Of a stretch of DNA of 64,000 nucleotides, positions 26,742 through 39,493 are shown piece after piece; positions within the stretch are counted from its first letter, which is position 1, and each line of letters opens with the position of its first letter. Source of the DNA: Octopus vulgaris (lineage: Eukaryota). The notes below the pieces were generated by a model. It searched no databases and was not told the origin of the DNA. It was given only the letters and a program-made list of their open reading frames with translations. The DNA lies in the NCBI GenBank assembly GCA_951406725.2, contig OX597815.1, forward strand, positions 7,006,001 to 7,070,000. The letters run 5' to 3'. The translations under genes were made by a program, and so were the position numbers.

Positions 26742-27145
26742 ATAGGAGTGGCTGTGTGGTAAGTAGCTTGCTAACCAGCCACATGGTTCCGGGTTCAGTC
26801 CCACTGCGTGGCATCTTGGGCAAGTGTCTTCTGCTATAGCCCCGGGCCGACCAAAGCCTTGTGAGTGGATTTGGTAGACGGAAACTGAAAGAAGCCTGTC
26901 GTATATATGTGTATATATATATATGTATGTGTGTGTGTGTCTGTGTTTGTCCCCCTAGCATTGCTTGACAACCGATGCTAGTGTGTTTACGACCCCGTCA
27001 CTTAGCGGTTCGGCAAAAGAGACCGATAGAATAAGTACTGGGCTTACAAAGAATAAGTCCCGGGGTCGATTTGCTCGACTAAAGGCGGTGCTCCAGCATG
27101 GCCGCAGTCAAATGACTGAAACAAGTAAAAGAGCAAAGAGAGAGT
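26742..27145 (+). mobile_element. SINE family B, full length (tRNA-like head, CORE-like segment, internal (TA/TG)n, gtaaaaga tail)
   Basis: Representative of ~20 full or partial copies in the window. Confidence 0.92.
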
Positions 27146-27650
27146 AACTGTTCAGAACTTACTAATGAGATCAATACGCATAAAAAAAAATGTTGCCATT
27201 GTTGGCGAATTGTCAGAATCGTTAAAGTATCGGGTAAAGTGTCTCAAAGTATTTAATCTGACATGTAGGGATTCGAACTCCAACCGCGAAATTACCAGTT
27301 TGCAACAAAGAACATACAACTACCGTTTTCTGTGATTGATCTAAAAATCGACCAATCAGCGTGAAGCTGTGGCATTGATAGCCTCTCGGTTATTCTAAAA
27401 ATTCCCGCCATTTGTCCTTGCCTTCAAAACGTGGAGTAGCTGAAAGAGGGTCAACTGAAGAAGGGGAATATTCTTTATGTTCTATGTCTCGTTTCTCTGT
27501 TTGGTTTTTTCGTTGTTCGAAAAAATGGTCGTTTCTATGTTTTTGTTTTTATGTTTTCGTGTCTATTGTGTTCAACGTTTTCTTTTTATGCATGTATATA
27601 TACATGTAGATGTAAGCATGTACATATATGTATGTATATATATATACATT

Positions 27651-27905
27651 AGATCTTTTCACTTTGACCGGCAGATTTTTAAAATAATTTCTTAGTAACT
27701 AAACACTTTTAAACTTCGTATATTGATAGAATGCGTTACATAAAAGCATCTTTTTCTCTTGGCTTTCTTGAGAAAACTCTGTAGTTTGTAAGCTATTTCT
27801 TGTTAACTTTCTTGCATTTCGGCAATTTCAACCACAGTTTCAAACACAAAACGGAATACGATTCGTATGTGATGCGAAAAATAAAACAGTTGGTATTGTT
27901 ATTAA
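27651..27905. mobile_element. Left end of a Merlin-family MITE (truncated)
   Basis: agatcttttcactttgaccggcagattttt aligns with the reverse complement of ~36600-36781. Confidence 0.7.
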
Positions 27906-28035
27906 TTAACCCCAGTTCGGTCTTGTGAGTGGATTTGGTAGACGGAAACTGAAAGAAGCCCGTCGTATATATGTGTGTATACATATATATATATATATAT
28001 ATATTTTTAAGTATGTATATATATCATTATATATC

Positions 28036-28107
<72 letters not shown>

Positions 28108-28708
28108 ATATAGAAGGAGCTTCTACAGGACTAGTACTGTTTATTCAAGAGAAATCTTCAGGAAGCTATTTAACAAGAATTGTATTAGCATTTATACATT
28201 TAGAGGAGTGTGTGGGGACTTTTTGGGGGTAGGCATAGGCAAAATATCATACTTGGGGAGTGGTCAAGGTAATAAAAAAATAAAATAAAAAAATAAAATA
28301 AAAAATAAAAAATAAAAAATAAAAAAATAAAAAGATAAAATAAAAGAATAAAAATAAAAAATATAAAAAATATAAAAAATATAAAAATATAAAAATATAT
28401 ATAAAAATATATAAAAAAATATATATATAAAATATATATATAAAATATATATATAAAAAAGGGGGGATAGAGTTATAGGTAAATAAGGAGATTCTCACTT
28501 ATACCTATACACACATGTATACGTATCTACACACACATACGCACATACACATATATCTACACACACAAAAAAAAAAAAAAAAAAAAAAAAACATACCTAC
28601 ACATACACACATACATACATACAAATTACATATACATATATATATATATACAATCCAATACAGGCCCATTCCTAATTTTAATTTTATTATCTTCATTTAT
28701 TACTTTTG

Positions 28709-28745
<37 letters not shown>

Positions 28746-28768
28746 GTATGTATATATATCATTATATA

Positions 28769-28872
<104 letters not shown>

Positions 28873-29007
28873 CGCAATGGCCTAGTGGTTAGGCAGCGGA
28901 CTCGCGGTCGCAGGATCGCGGTATCGATTATCAGACCGGGCGTTGTGTGTGTATGTATGTATGTGATCCCTGCTGTATATATATCATTATATATCTATCT
29001 ATCAAAC

Positions 29008-29045
<38 letters not shown>

Positions 29046-29062
29046 ATATATATCATTATATA

Positions 29063-29107
<45 letters not shown>

Positions 29108-29122
29108 ATATATCATTATATA

Positions 29123-29259
<137 letters not shown>

Positions 29260-30139
29260 GTATATGTTTGTGTGTCTGTGTTTGTCCCCCCAACATCGCT
29301 TGACAACCAATGGTGGTGTGTTTACGTCCCCGTAACTTAGCGGTTCGGCCTAAGACACTGATAGAATAAGTACTAGGCTTACAAAGGATAAGTCCTGTGG
29401 TCGATTTGCCCGACTAAAGGCGGTGCCCCATTATGGCCACTGTCACATGACTGAAACAAGTAAAAGAGTAAATACGGTAAATATTTCCCCCGGTGTTGTT
29501 GATTGTCTTGTGTTGTTACATTTGTGACGCGCCAACGACGCAAAGGCATTCAAAGACAGACGGTTTAATTTCGACAACAGCTGAGTCAACCTTCAAACAC
29601 GCAGGCACCGATACCACCCTACAACATCACTTTGCCATTAATTCTTTAACAGCAGCTTCCATGGCAACAGCAAACTGTAAGAGTGGCCTTTAGTATTTTT
29701 CTGATCAATAGGTTATATCAATGGACATAGATATTAAAAAACGTATTATTCTGGAGGGGTTTACCTACGGGTGTTCTTAGCAGTTGCTGTTGGGCATACA
29801 ACCCAACCCAACCCCAAAGGAGCAGGACCAGTTGACGCAACCCAGAGATGAAACACTGGCCATCGGCTTTTCTTTTATTCAGGAAGGTCTAAATGCGAGA
29901 AGTTGAGCTATCAAAGAATTAATGTCAATACCATTGGCGTATCTTTCCTTAATGACATCGTTTTCTGATGAGATTCCCGATGATATGTTTGTTGAGAAAC
30001 CTTGTAACTCAACTGTTCGAGTGTTGGTCGTGTAACGATAAGATATTTCTGATTTTGGTTGTCATCAGTGAAAAGATCTGGTCGATGAATACAACAACAT
30101 GAATTCCGTTTGAGAGTTTTCAATAAAAAAATATCTATT

Positions 30140-30932
30140 TATTAAATAAAACAATGTATTGTCACGACCAACAACAGAAAAATGCTTCTACCAAGCTAAA
30201 ACAGTCCAACAGTTTGTGACGCTTTTGCGTGTCGAGAAAAACGCAACAAACTTCGCCATGCGATCCGAGTGGCCAGGAGATTCAAGCTGTGTCGTTCTCG
30301 TCTTCGTCTTTATCCATTGGTCTTGTTTATTACAGCCACACTCGCAGAGGACTAGCTTAAAGAGTGTGCCACTGTCGTCTTACAGACACTAATGGTTAGC
30401 AAAAAGAACAGATCTATATATACATACGTTTTTACTCTTTTACTTGTTTCAGTCATTTTGACTGCGGCCATGCTGGAGCACCGCCTTTAATCGAGCAATT
30501 CGACCCCGGGACTTATTCTTTTGTAAGCCCAGTATTTATTCTATCGGTCTCTTTTGCCGAACCGCTAGGTTACGGGGACGTAAACACACCAGCATCGGTT
30601 GTCAAGCAATGCTAGGGGGACAGACATAGACACACAAACACACACACACACACATATATATATCTATATATACATATATACGACAGGCTTCTTTCAGTTT
30701 CCGTCTATCAAATCCACTCACAAGGCATTGGTCGGCCCGAGGCTATAGAAGACACTTGCCCAAGGTGCCACGCAGTGGGACTGAACCCGGAACCATGTGG
30801 TTGGTAAACAAGCTACTTGCCACACAGCCACTCCTTGTTTTCAAAGAAAAGTAAACCGCCAAATATATGACATTGCTAATAATATATATATATATATATG
30901 TATGTATGTATATATATCATTATATATCTATA

Positions 30933-31031
<99 letters not shown>

Positions 31032-32600
31032 GCGCAATGGCCTAAGTGGGTGAATCGCATTCGTGTCGATTAGTGTTTTTTGCATTTGGGGACAGAGATC
31101 CAAATTTGATTTCTGTGTTTCTTGGGACTGCCCAATATTCCTGCTACAGGCGATGGTAAAGATCTGGGTCCTCAAAATACATATATTTCCAATGGTTCAT
31201 GCTGTCGATGGGAATATACTTCTCCCAATCCGAATTTTAATTTTTTTTTTTAAGGGTTTTTGAATTCCATACTAAAACAAAGTCTGAAACGAAATGCTGT
31301 GTCCGTGTCTTCTGAAATAAAATCATCACAGAGATTATAAAATGAATATTCATTCCTCATATCTTTCAAAACTTGTTTAATAACTCCTGCCATTCTCTGT
31401 TTTTCTGTTGACGACATTTTAACCGCTTGCAGTGATTTCGATCACTTGCCTCCTTGCGGGTAGAAAAGCAAATCGAGATTTAGCCCAAAGAAACCTAATA
31501 TCCAATTCCATGGCCTCAACATCAGAGTCCAGTCGTGACTCTATATATTCCTACCGGCAATCGAGTAAGATTGGACAATCAAGAATTGGCGAAAACAGCA
31601 AATAGTCTATCAACCTGCACTTAAGCTTAAGGTATCACCAAACGTCATTTTGCTTTCAGATTCCACCTTTTGTCAGCTCACGAATAATGTCTCTCTTTTT
31701 TGTGAATACTTGATTATATAGCTTAGATTATATAGCTTTAATCGTTAATTCGTCGTTGGTGGGACACAATATTAGATAGGTTGCGTGTGAAGCTGCGAAT
31801 GACTACATTAATATCTAATTAGGTTTTATTTAAATCGGAACCTTTATATGTACATGTGAGCAAATATTTGATCTATTGAAGTTATGTTCGTGAGATAATG
31901 AATGGAAAAGCTGATAGTTTTTTTGTAATGCAACACACAATATTATGAAAGTAACTCATAGTTATTGAAGACGAAATAAGTAGAAAGACTTAAAACCGTT
32001 GCATGTAAGTAATGTGTGCATGATTCGACATTACAGCACACGATTGGGTACTATTTATGAGACTTGACAAAAGTATGTTAAATACGGAAACAGTAGAAGA
32101 AGGCGAGAGACCATCCCATTGAACCAAGCGACAATGGCTCCGAGTGGACTGCTGGGTGGCTCTTATCTGAGGTTGAATTCGCATCTTTTTATAATCGTAA
32201 GCAAAAGTTTCCAGAAACTTTGATCAATCCATCTGGTGGTAAAAATCGCACACTTTCGTTCAAGTTTGCTGCATCAACCATAATAAGTCGGCAAATACTG
32301 ATTGATCGAGCCATATTCGCGTAGACATTAATGCCTTTTACGGCGATATCTTACCTTTTATGGCAGTATGGTAGGTCGTGGAGTTGAACACGAAAAATCA
32401 AAGAGCAATGGTTCAAAGCTCAGCAGGAACCTTGTTGTAATAGTAACAATCTTCTTACTGTTATTCATCATGTCAGATAGTATCTTAAATTGCATGACTA
32501 CTTCGCGATATTTCAACTCTCTGAGCTTCGGATTGAAATCTCGCCAAGATTAACTTTTATTCTTTCGAAATAAAAAAAAATAAAGCAATCAACGGAGGAG
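30140..32600 (-). pseudogene. Heavily decayed cellular RNA-dependent RNA polymerase (RRF/EGO/RDR/QDE-1 family) pseudogene
   Basis: Colinear degenerate motifs across stops and frameshifts: FERIKVNLGEISI, MAR/INQYLPT, FLPPDGLIKVS, PPSS...[47 protein letters not shown]. The catalytic DLDGD motif was not found. Confidence 0.6.
30430..30836 (-). mobile_element. SINE family B inserted in the RdRP remnant
   Basis: Reverse complement of the family consensus. Confidence 0.9.
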
Positions 32601-33059
32601 GGTTGGCGTTCTGAATTCCCGCCATGTCCGATTTAACACCGCCACTTGATGCACCTTGGGGGACCACCTTGAGAAAGTTTTAGACGAATGTATCGACCTC
32701 AGAATCTCTTTTAGGTGATTTCCAACCAGTACATGAAGTTAAGCCTAGAAGGTCTCTCCACGTGCTAGAAATAACTACCAAATCTTAAATTAAAAAAAAA
32801 ATAATTTCACGTAGACAAAAACGTAGACATTAGGTGCATTTATCGAGATTCACGCTGTTGCAAGCATTTAGGCCAGGTTTCCGGGTTGAGTATCCCTTTC
32901 TCCTTTCCACCAACCTCGGAGGCACACTATAACTGGTTTTGGACACTGCCTTCTCCCCTAACATATATCTGTGTGTGTGTGTGTGTATACACACACATAC
33001 ATACTGACAGACAGATATGCATACATATATATATAGATATATATATGTATGTATATCTG

Positions 33060-33688
33060 GAGAAAAAAAAAATGGGACATCGTCGGCGATTGATGGTGAA
33101 CTGTCGGCATGCCCGGAAACTTTGTCGGTGGGAAGTGTGTCACTGAAAGAGGAAATTGAGGCCCCTCCCAGAAGGAGAAAGGATGATGTATTTGCTCCTC
33201 CCTTTTCCCTGAAGGGAGGGGTAATACAGAGCTTCGTAGAGAAGCTGAATGACCGGAAAGAGGAGCCCATGCCCTGGACAGAGGACGAGGATTGGCCTTC
33301 GCAGGTGACTATGAAGGTCATATCGGACGTCGCTATGTTCAGGGTGATGGGCGCCTTCTCGAAGGACATGCTCAGATTTACATTCCGGGGCTCCGACCTG
33401 GATCTGGAGGAGTGCCTAAGGGTAGCATACAGCCTGGTCGGGGAGGAAGGAATTTAACTGTCTCAACTGTGTGTTTTAAATTATAAAAACTATTGTAAGA
33501 GGTTTAATGCCTCATTTTGTATTTTTCTGAAGAACAATGTTTTAGAGAAGCAAAAGTCGACGGACGCTTTCTGTCTTCTCCCATCCTTATCATCTTCGTT
33601 TCATTATCATTCACTTCATTAATGTTCTTGTCCAGCCCGCAAAGCTACACTCTATGTACTGCCTTTATGGCAAATATAATGAAATGAA
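33060..33688 (+). mobile_element. Probable L1/Tx1-like LINE remnant (GC-richer ORF end plus T-rich tail)
   Basis: Non-repetitive frame ...ACPETLSVGS...AYSLVGEEGI*, followed by a tail ending ggcaaatataatgaaatgaa. No domain was recognised. Confidence 0.3.
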
Positions 33689-33837
33689 GTAGCTTGCTTA
33701 CCAACCACATGGTTCCGGGTTCAGTCCCACTGCGTGGCACCTTGGGCAAGTGTCTTCTACTATAGCCTCGGGCCGTCCAAACAAACCCTTGTGAGTGGAT
33801 TTGGTAGACGGAAACTGAAAGAAGCTCGTCGTATATG

Positions 33838-33873
<36 letters not shown>

Positions 33874-34158
33874 ATAAAACTTATATATAAAGAACGTGAA
33901 ATTCACGAATTGACAAACACGGAAAAACGGACAGTAATTCAGAGCCTTCATTCTTCAGTCAGAAACCGATTCATCATGGCAAATTTCGGATGCATATATA
34001 TATATATGTGTGTGTGTGTGTGTATGTGTGTGTGTGTGTTTGTGTGTCTGTGTGTCTCCAAAGAATAAGTCCCGGGGTCGAGTTGTTCGATTAAAAAGCG
34101 GTGCTCCAGCATGGCCACAGTCAAATGACTGAAACAAGTAAAAGGAGTAAAGAGTAAA
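33688..34158 (+). mobile_element. SINE family B with an insertion in its microsatellite
   Basis: Consensus halves flank foreign sequence at ~33870-33995. Confidence 0.8.
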
Positions 34159-34269
34159 TGCTTTTCCTTTTGTTAGAATTCAGAAAATATGTAGATTGAG
34201 TAGTAAAGAGTCTTGCATTCTGTTAATCTGTTCTACTCATTTATCTTCGATTGAATATATTTTGTTTAC

Positions 34270-34700
34270 TTGAACCGTTATGAAAACCTCCTCGAGGAAT
34301 GTGAAGACGCAGGCTGGAAAGCGGAACATTTTCCTATCGAAGTCGGATGTAGAGGGTTTGTAGGACACAGCGTGAGACGACTGTTGTTATCGCTAGGCCT
34401 AACTCATCGTAAAGTCAATACCACCATGACTGATATCCAATCTACAGTGGAGAAGGCTAGCCACTGGATTTAGTTAAAAAGAGACGATGAGCGATGGCTA
34501 GAAGTATATTGAGTTCTTCATAACCAGCTGATCTAGCAAGCGGGGCCTCATATCAGCGAGAGGGGCCGGTGCGCATTGATGCCGTCGAGAGGTAGGCCCC
34601 GAAACGGCGCACATTCTCTCCTGATGACCCCATACACTTGCTAGCTTCCGGTATACGGAGCTTTTAACTGGTAGCACTTGCATGTGCAAGTTGTTTGCAA
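34270..34700 (+). mobile_element. 3' end of a HERO-like (restriction-like endonuclease) non-LTR retrotransposon
   Basis: RYENLLEECEDAGWKAEHFPIEVGCRGFVGHSV...LG...EKASHWI*LKR matches the KY..L...C...GW...P.EVGCRGF...AS.W.W C-terminus of this group. A GC-rich structured 3' UTR follows. Confidence 0.85.
34533..34644 (+). ncRNA. Candidate non-circularly permuted (pseudoknotted) hammerhead ribozyme in the retrotransposon 3' UTR
   Basis: GUC 34584-34586, GAAA 34601-34604, CUGAUGA 34621-34627. Stem I gagagg/tctctc, stem III gccg/cggc, plus ggggcc/ggcccc and ctagcaag/cttgctag. Confidence 0.75.
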
Positions 34701-35147
34701 GACATCTAAAATTGGAATTTTGGAAAATAAAAAAAATTTATTTACAACCGCGATTTCCCTTTTTGTTTACGTGAAATTATTTTTTAAAAATTAAGATTTG
34801 GCAGTTATTTCTAGCATGTGGAGAGACCTTCTAGGCTTAACTTCAGTTACTGTTTGAAAACCACGTTAAAAAGATTCTGAGGTCGATTACATTCGACTAA
34901 AAATTTCTCAAGGTGGAGCCCCAGCATGGCCACAGTCTAATGACTGCAACAAGTAGAAAGAAAAAGAAACGAAAAAACAACCCCAAAATATAACCGTGGG
35001 ACTTTAGTCCGAGGGGCTTTTGTTCACTTTCACGCTTTAAATATGGGGCTTTTTTTCGAGGGACTTTTTGTCCTAGGGGGCTTTTGTCCTAGATTCCAGC
35101 TAGAATACCAGGGGCATTTCTCCCTTTTGGGGCCTTTTCGCTTTGTG

Positions 35148-35475
35148 AAGGCGCATAGCTCAGTGGTTAGAGCGTCGGGTTCACAATCATGAGATAGTGA
35201 GTTCGATTCCAGGACTGCGCTGTGTGTTGTGTTCTTGAACAAGTCACTTTATTTCACGTTCTCCAGTTCATTTCACTCAGCTGTAGAAAGAAGATGCAAT
35301 GTCACTGGTACAAAACTGTATCGGCCCCTTTGCCATTCCCTTGGATATAACACTAATGGTATGGAGAGGGGAGGCTGGTTTGCATGGGCGACAGCTGGTC
35401 TTCCATAAACACCCTTGCCCGGACTTGTGCCTCGAAGGGGAACTTTCTTGATGCAATCCCAGGGGAGTGGTCTTT
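35148..35475 (+). mobile_element. tRNA-derived SINE (family E)
   Basis: A box tagctcagtggttagagc and B box gagttcgattcc, then the gtgttgtgttcttgaacaagtcacttt segment typical of SINE central domains. Confidence 0.8.
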
Positions 35476-35489
35476 TATCACAGCCAACC

Positions 35490-35882
<393 letters not shown>

Positions 35883-35998
35883 TATGCGTGTGCTGCGCGC
35901 ATCTATGTACGTTTATCTAGGTCAAATGGACTACAGAAAATCGATGGTCATCCAGTCTATATGATTTGTATGCCATTATTCAGTTTATTTCAAGATTT

Positions 35999-36781
35999 GG
36001 ATATTTACCTTTTAGATATTTAGATTTAGATATTTACCGATAGATTTAAAAATAATCTATTTTGAAACTAAACACTTTCAAACTTCGTATACCGGTAGAA
36101 TGTGTCATCTAAATCATCTTTTATCTATCTATCTATCTATCTATCTTTTGTTTCTTTGCCTTTTTTCGTTTTTTTTTCTTCTTTCCCTTTTACGATCCCG
36201 TTTGATCGGAAACCTACCCCACTTTTTTCTTTTTTTTTTCTCCGGCTGTGTATATTTTGCTTGTCACTGTTATTTATGACATATTTCATCTCAGGTTTGT
36301 ATGGATAAACGAGTGTATCTGAAGCATGTTTACTTCATGGCACCACCATAATCGTTCGTGCTTCATTTTTCATTTTTTTCAGTAATTCTAACCCTAACCT
36401 TAACTCTAAAACCCTAAACCTAACCCTAAAACCCTAGCCCTAACCCTAAAACCTTAACCCTAAAACCCTAAGGCTAAAACCAGTACAAACGCACGAACGA
36501 TGTCATAAATAACAATGACAAACTAAATATACACCGCCGATAGTTGTTGTTGACAAACAACGGCAGTAATTTTATTCAGCTGAATACACGTCATTGATTG
36601 GTTGAAATTACCGAAATAGGACAACTTTAACAAGAAATAACTTCCAAAATACAGAATTTTCTCAACAATGCCAAGAGTAAAAGATGTTTCACGTGACACA
36701 TTCTACCAGTGTCCGAAGTTTGAAATTTTTTAGTTACAAAAAATCATTTTTAAAAATCTGTCGGTCAAAAGGTAAAGATCC
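35999..36781. mobile_element. Merlin-family MITE with nested insertions
   Basis: Termini ggatatttacctttt / aaaaggtaaagatcc, with a perfect 8-bp TSD caagattt (35991-35998 and 36782-36789). Confidence 0.85.
36243..36539. mobile_element. Inverted-repeat element carrying degenerate (CCCTAA)n
   Basis: Arms cggctgtgtatattttgcttgtcactgttatttatgacat / atgtcataaataacaatgacaaactaaatatacaccgccg, with a telomere-like tract at 36388-36470. Confidence 0.65.
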
Positions 36782-37159
36782 CAAGATTTCATGCCAATAG
36801 AGAAAGAACTGGTTTCTAACGTAGATCCAAGATTCCTTCATTGGAATTTCAACATCAACAGGGTATGTATGTATGTATGTATGTATGTATGTATGTATGT
36901 ATGTATGTATGTATGTATGTATGTATGTATGTATGTATGTATGTATGTCGATTTATAACTCCAATAAAAATGAGGGTTAACCCTATATACATAAATTTTT
37001 ACTAATACATGAAATACAAAATGTGTGTGTGTGTATGTGTTTGTCCCTCGTCGCCGCTACTTGAGAACCGGTGCTGGTATTTACGTCCCCGTAACTTAGC
37101 AGTTCGGCAAAAGAAACCAATAGAATAAGTAGTAGGCTTTCAAAAAAAAAAAAGAAAGA

Positions 37160-37580
37160 AGAGTGGCTGTGTGGTAAGTAGCTTGCTAACCAACCACATG
37201 GTTCCGGGTTCAGTCCCACTGCGTGGCACCTTGGGCAAGTGTCTTCTACTATAGCCTCGGGCCGACCAATGCCTTGTGAGTGGATTTGGTAGACGGAAAC
37301 TGAAAGAAGCCCGTCGTATATATGTATATATATATATGTATGTGTGTGTATATGTTTGTGTGTCTGTGTTTGTCCCCCTAGCATTGCTTGACAACCGATG
37401 CTGGTGTGTTTACGTCCCCGTCACTTAGCGGTTCGGCAAAGAGAGACCGATAGAATAAGTACTGGGCTTACAAAAGAGAATAAGTTCCGGGGTCGATTTG
37501 CTCGACTAAAAGGCGGTGCTCCAGCATGGCCGCAGTCAAAATGACTGAAACAAGTAAAAGAGTAAAAGAGAGTAAAGAGT
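37160..37580 (+). mobile_element. SINE family B inserted into an older SINE B
   Basis: Consensus match. The older copy lies at ~37020-37140 and resumes at ~37580. Confidence 0.88.
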
Positions 37581-37829
37581 ACTGGGGTACGTATGTCAAT
37601 TTATAACTCCAATAGAATAAAAATTTTCAGGGCATTGCCCCCAGCATGGCCGCAGTGTAATGATTGAAGCAAATAAAACGTAAACGATGAATCTTATCAA
37701 CAAATTCTTCTATGGACCCCGGTGGCAAGCCAACAAGTTTAGAACCTTTCGGAGTCGACAAAGATTTACTGCAATGATTCAATTCTTAAAAAGTTTGCCA
37801 GTATTTTCTTTTATAAATTTTATCACCTT

Positions 37830-37870
<41 letters not shown>

Positions 37871-37949
37871 TTACCAACACCACCACCACCACTATCATCA
37901 TCAATGTCATTCATAAACAATTTTGCCTGTTGTGCGATTACACCTGTGT

Positions 37950-38124
37950 TTAGTAGTAGTAGTAATAGTAGTAGTAGCAATAGTAATAGTAGTAGTAGTA
38001 GTATTAGTAGTAGTAGTAGTAGTATTAGTAGTAGTAGTATTAGTATTAGTAGTATTAGTAGTAGTAGTATTAGTAGTAGCAATAGTAGTAGCAGTAGTAG
38101 TAGTAGTAATAGTAGTATTAGTAA

Positions 38125-38157
<33 letters not shown>

Positions 38158-38196
38158 CAGCAGCAGCAGCAGTAATAGTAGTAGCAATAGTAGTAA

Positions 38197-38240
<44 letters not shown>

Positions 38241-38241
38241 A

Positions 38242-38285
<44 letters not shown>

Positions 38286-38286
38286 A
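37950..38286. repeat. (TAG)n microsatellite
   Basis: Seen directly. Confidence 0.97.
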
Positions 38287-38639
38287 TCTTACTACAACAC
38301 CGAAGAGTGTGTAATCCACGCTTATTCTATCCAATTACCCATGTTATTTCTAGAAATTCCTCCCCTTCCTCCTCCTCTCTCGCATATTCAGCGAATATCC
38401 CTCACACTTCACCTCCTTTTTTTTCCATACATTTTATCATCCAACCATTTCCCCCTCTCTCTCCTGCTTTACTTTTCGATAATCCCTCTTTCTCTCGTTT
38501 GCGTTCGCGTCTATACCTCTACGTGCTAGAAACAACAGCCAAATCTCCCCTCAAACGGGATGTTCCATAGCTCGACTGGTTTTCGACCGTAGGTCTGCTC
38601 CGTCAGAGCTGACCTGTGGCTAAACAATAATTTTCCCTC

Positions 38640-38813
38640 CTATTCACATGTCTCTCTCTCTCTCTCTCTGTGTTTTTACCTTTTTCCTTTTCACCTGGTC
38701 TTTCTCTCTCACTCTCTCTATCTCGCTCCCTCTCTTATGCTTTCTCTTGCATCCTCTTCCAATATTTTACCGTTGCATCTTTCTCTCTTTTACTTTCACT
38801 TACACTTTCTCTT

Positions 38814-38844
<31 letters not shown>

Positions 38845-39462
38845 TACTTCTTCATCCCCCCTTCCTCCTTCACACGCGATATTTCTCTGGTCTGCAGTGT
38901 TGCTATGGCATCTGACTCCTCTCCCCACCTCACACGTTTTCGCTTCCTCCCATTCTCTCCTTAACTGCGTCTGTTAAGTTACTCACCCTTTGTATTTTTC
39001 TACTCTCTCACTCTCACTCTCACTCTTCCCTTACTGCTCTGTCTCTCTGCGACACCCTCTCTAACTCTTATCTACTCTCTTTCACCCACCTCTTTGCTCA
39101 CTACTCTTTTATCCCCCTCTCTTATTCCGTAAATACCCTTTCTTTTTCTCCTCCCCAATTCTCTTTCTTCGCTCTCTGTATCTCCCTCCTTCTGTATCTT
39201 CTACCTTTCCCATTCCACATTTATTCCCTCTATCTAGTCGCATTTATATATCTCTTTCTATCTCTCATTGCCGTCTCACTTCCCTCTCTATCTTCATATA
39301 TTTTCTCTCTCTCTCATTTCCCCCACCCCTCTCTGATTCTTCTCCTACTTTATTCCCTCTTTTCTTTTCTCCCCCCTCACTATACAAACTCTCTCTTTCA
39401 CTTCACACCATCACGCTCCCTTTCTACATCTCTCTCTTTCTTCGCCCGTTACACTCCCTTGC

Positions 39463-39493
<31 letters not shown>

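Noticed and set aside
26650-26961. Recurrent MLGGQTQTH...TMWLVSKLLTTQP ORFs
   Set aside because: They are antisense translations of SINE family B, not a gene family.
31990-32184. ORF with QWDGLSP resembling the RT QGxxLSP motif
   Set aside because: No YADD or other RT motifs follow, and another frame fits the ordered RdRP motif series better.
35148-35225. tRNA gene (also heads at 18904 and 28870)
   Set aside because: A and B boxes are present but there is no full cloverleaf, and the sequence continues into a SINE body.
37786-38570. Poly-Leu/Val/Ser ORFs
   Set aside because: They derive from the (TAG)n microsatellite.
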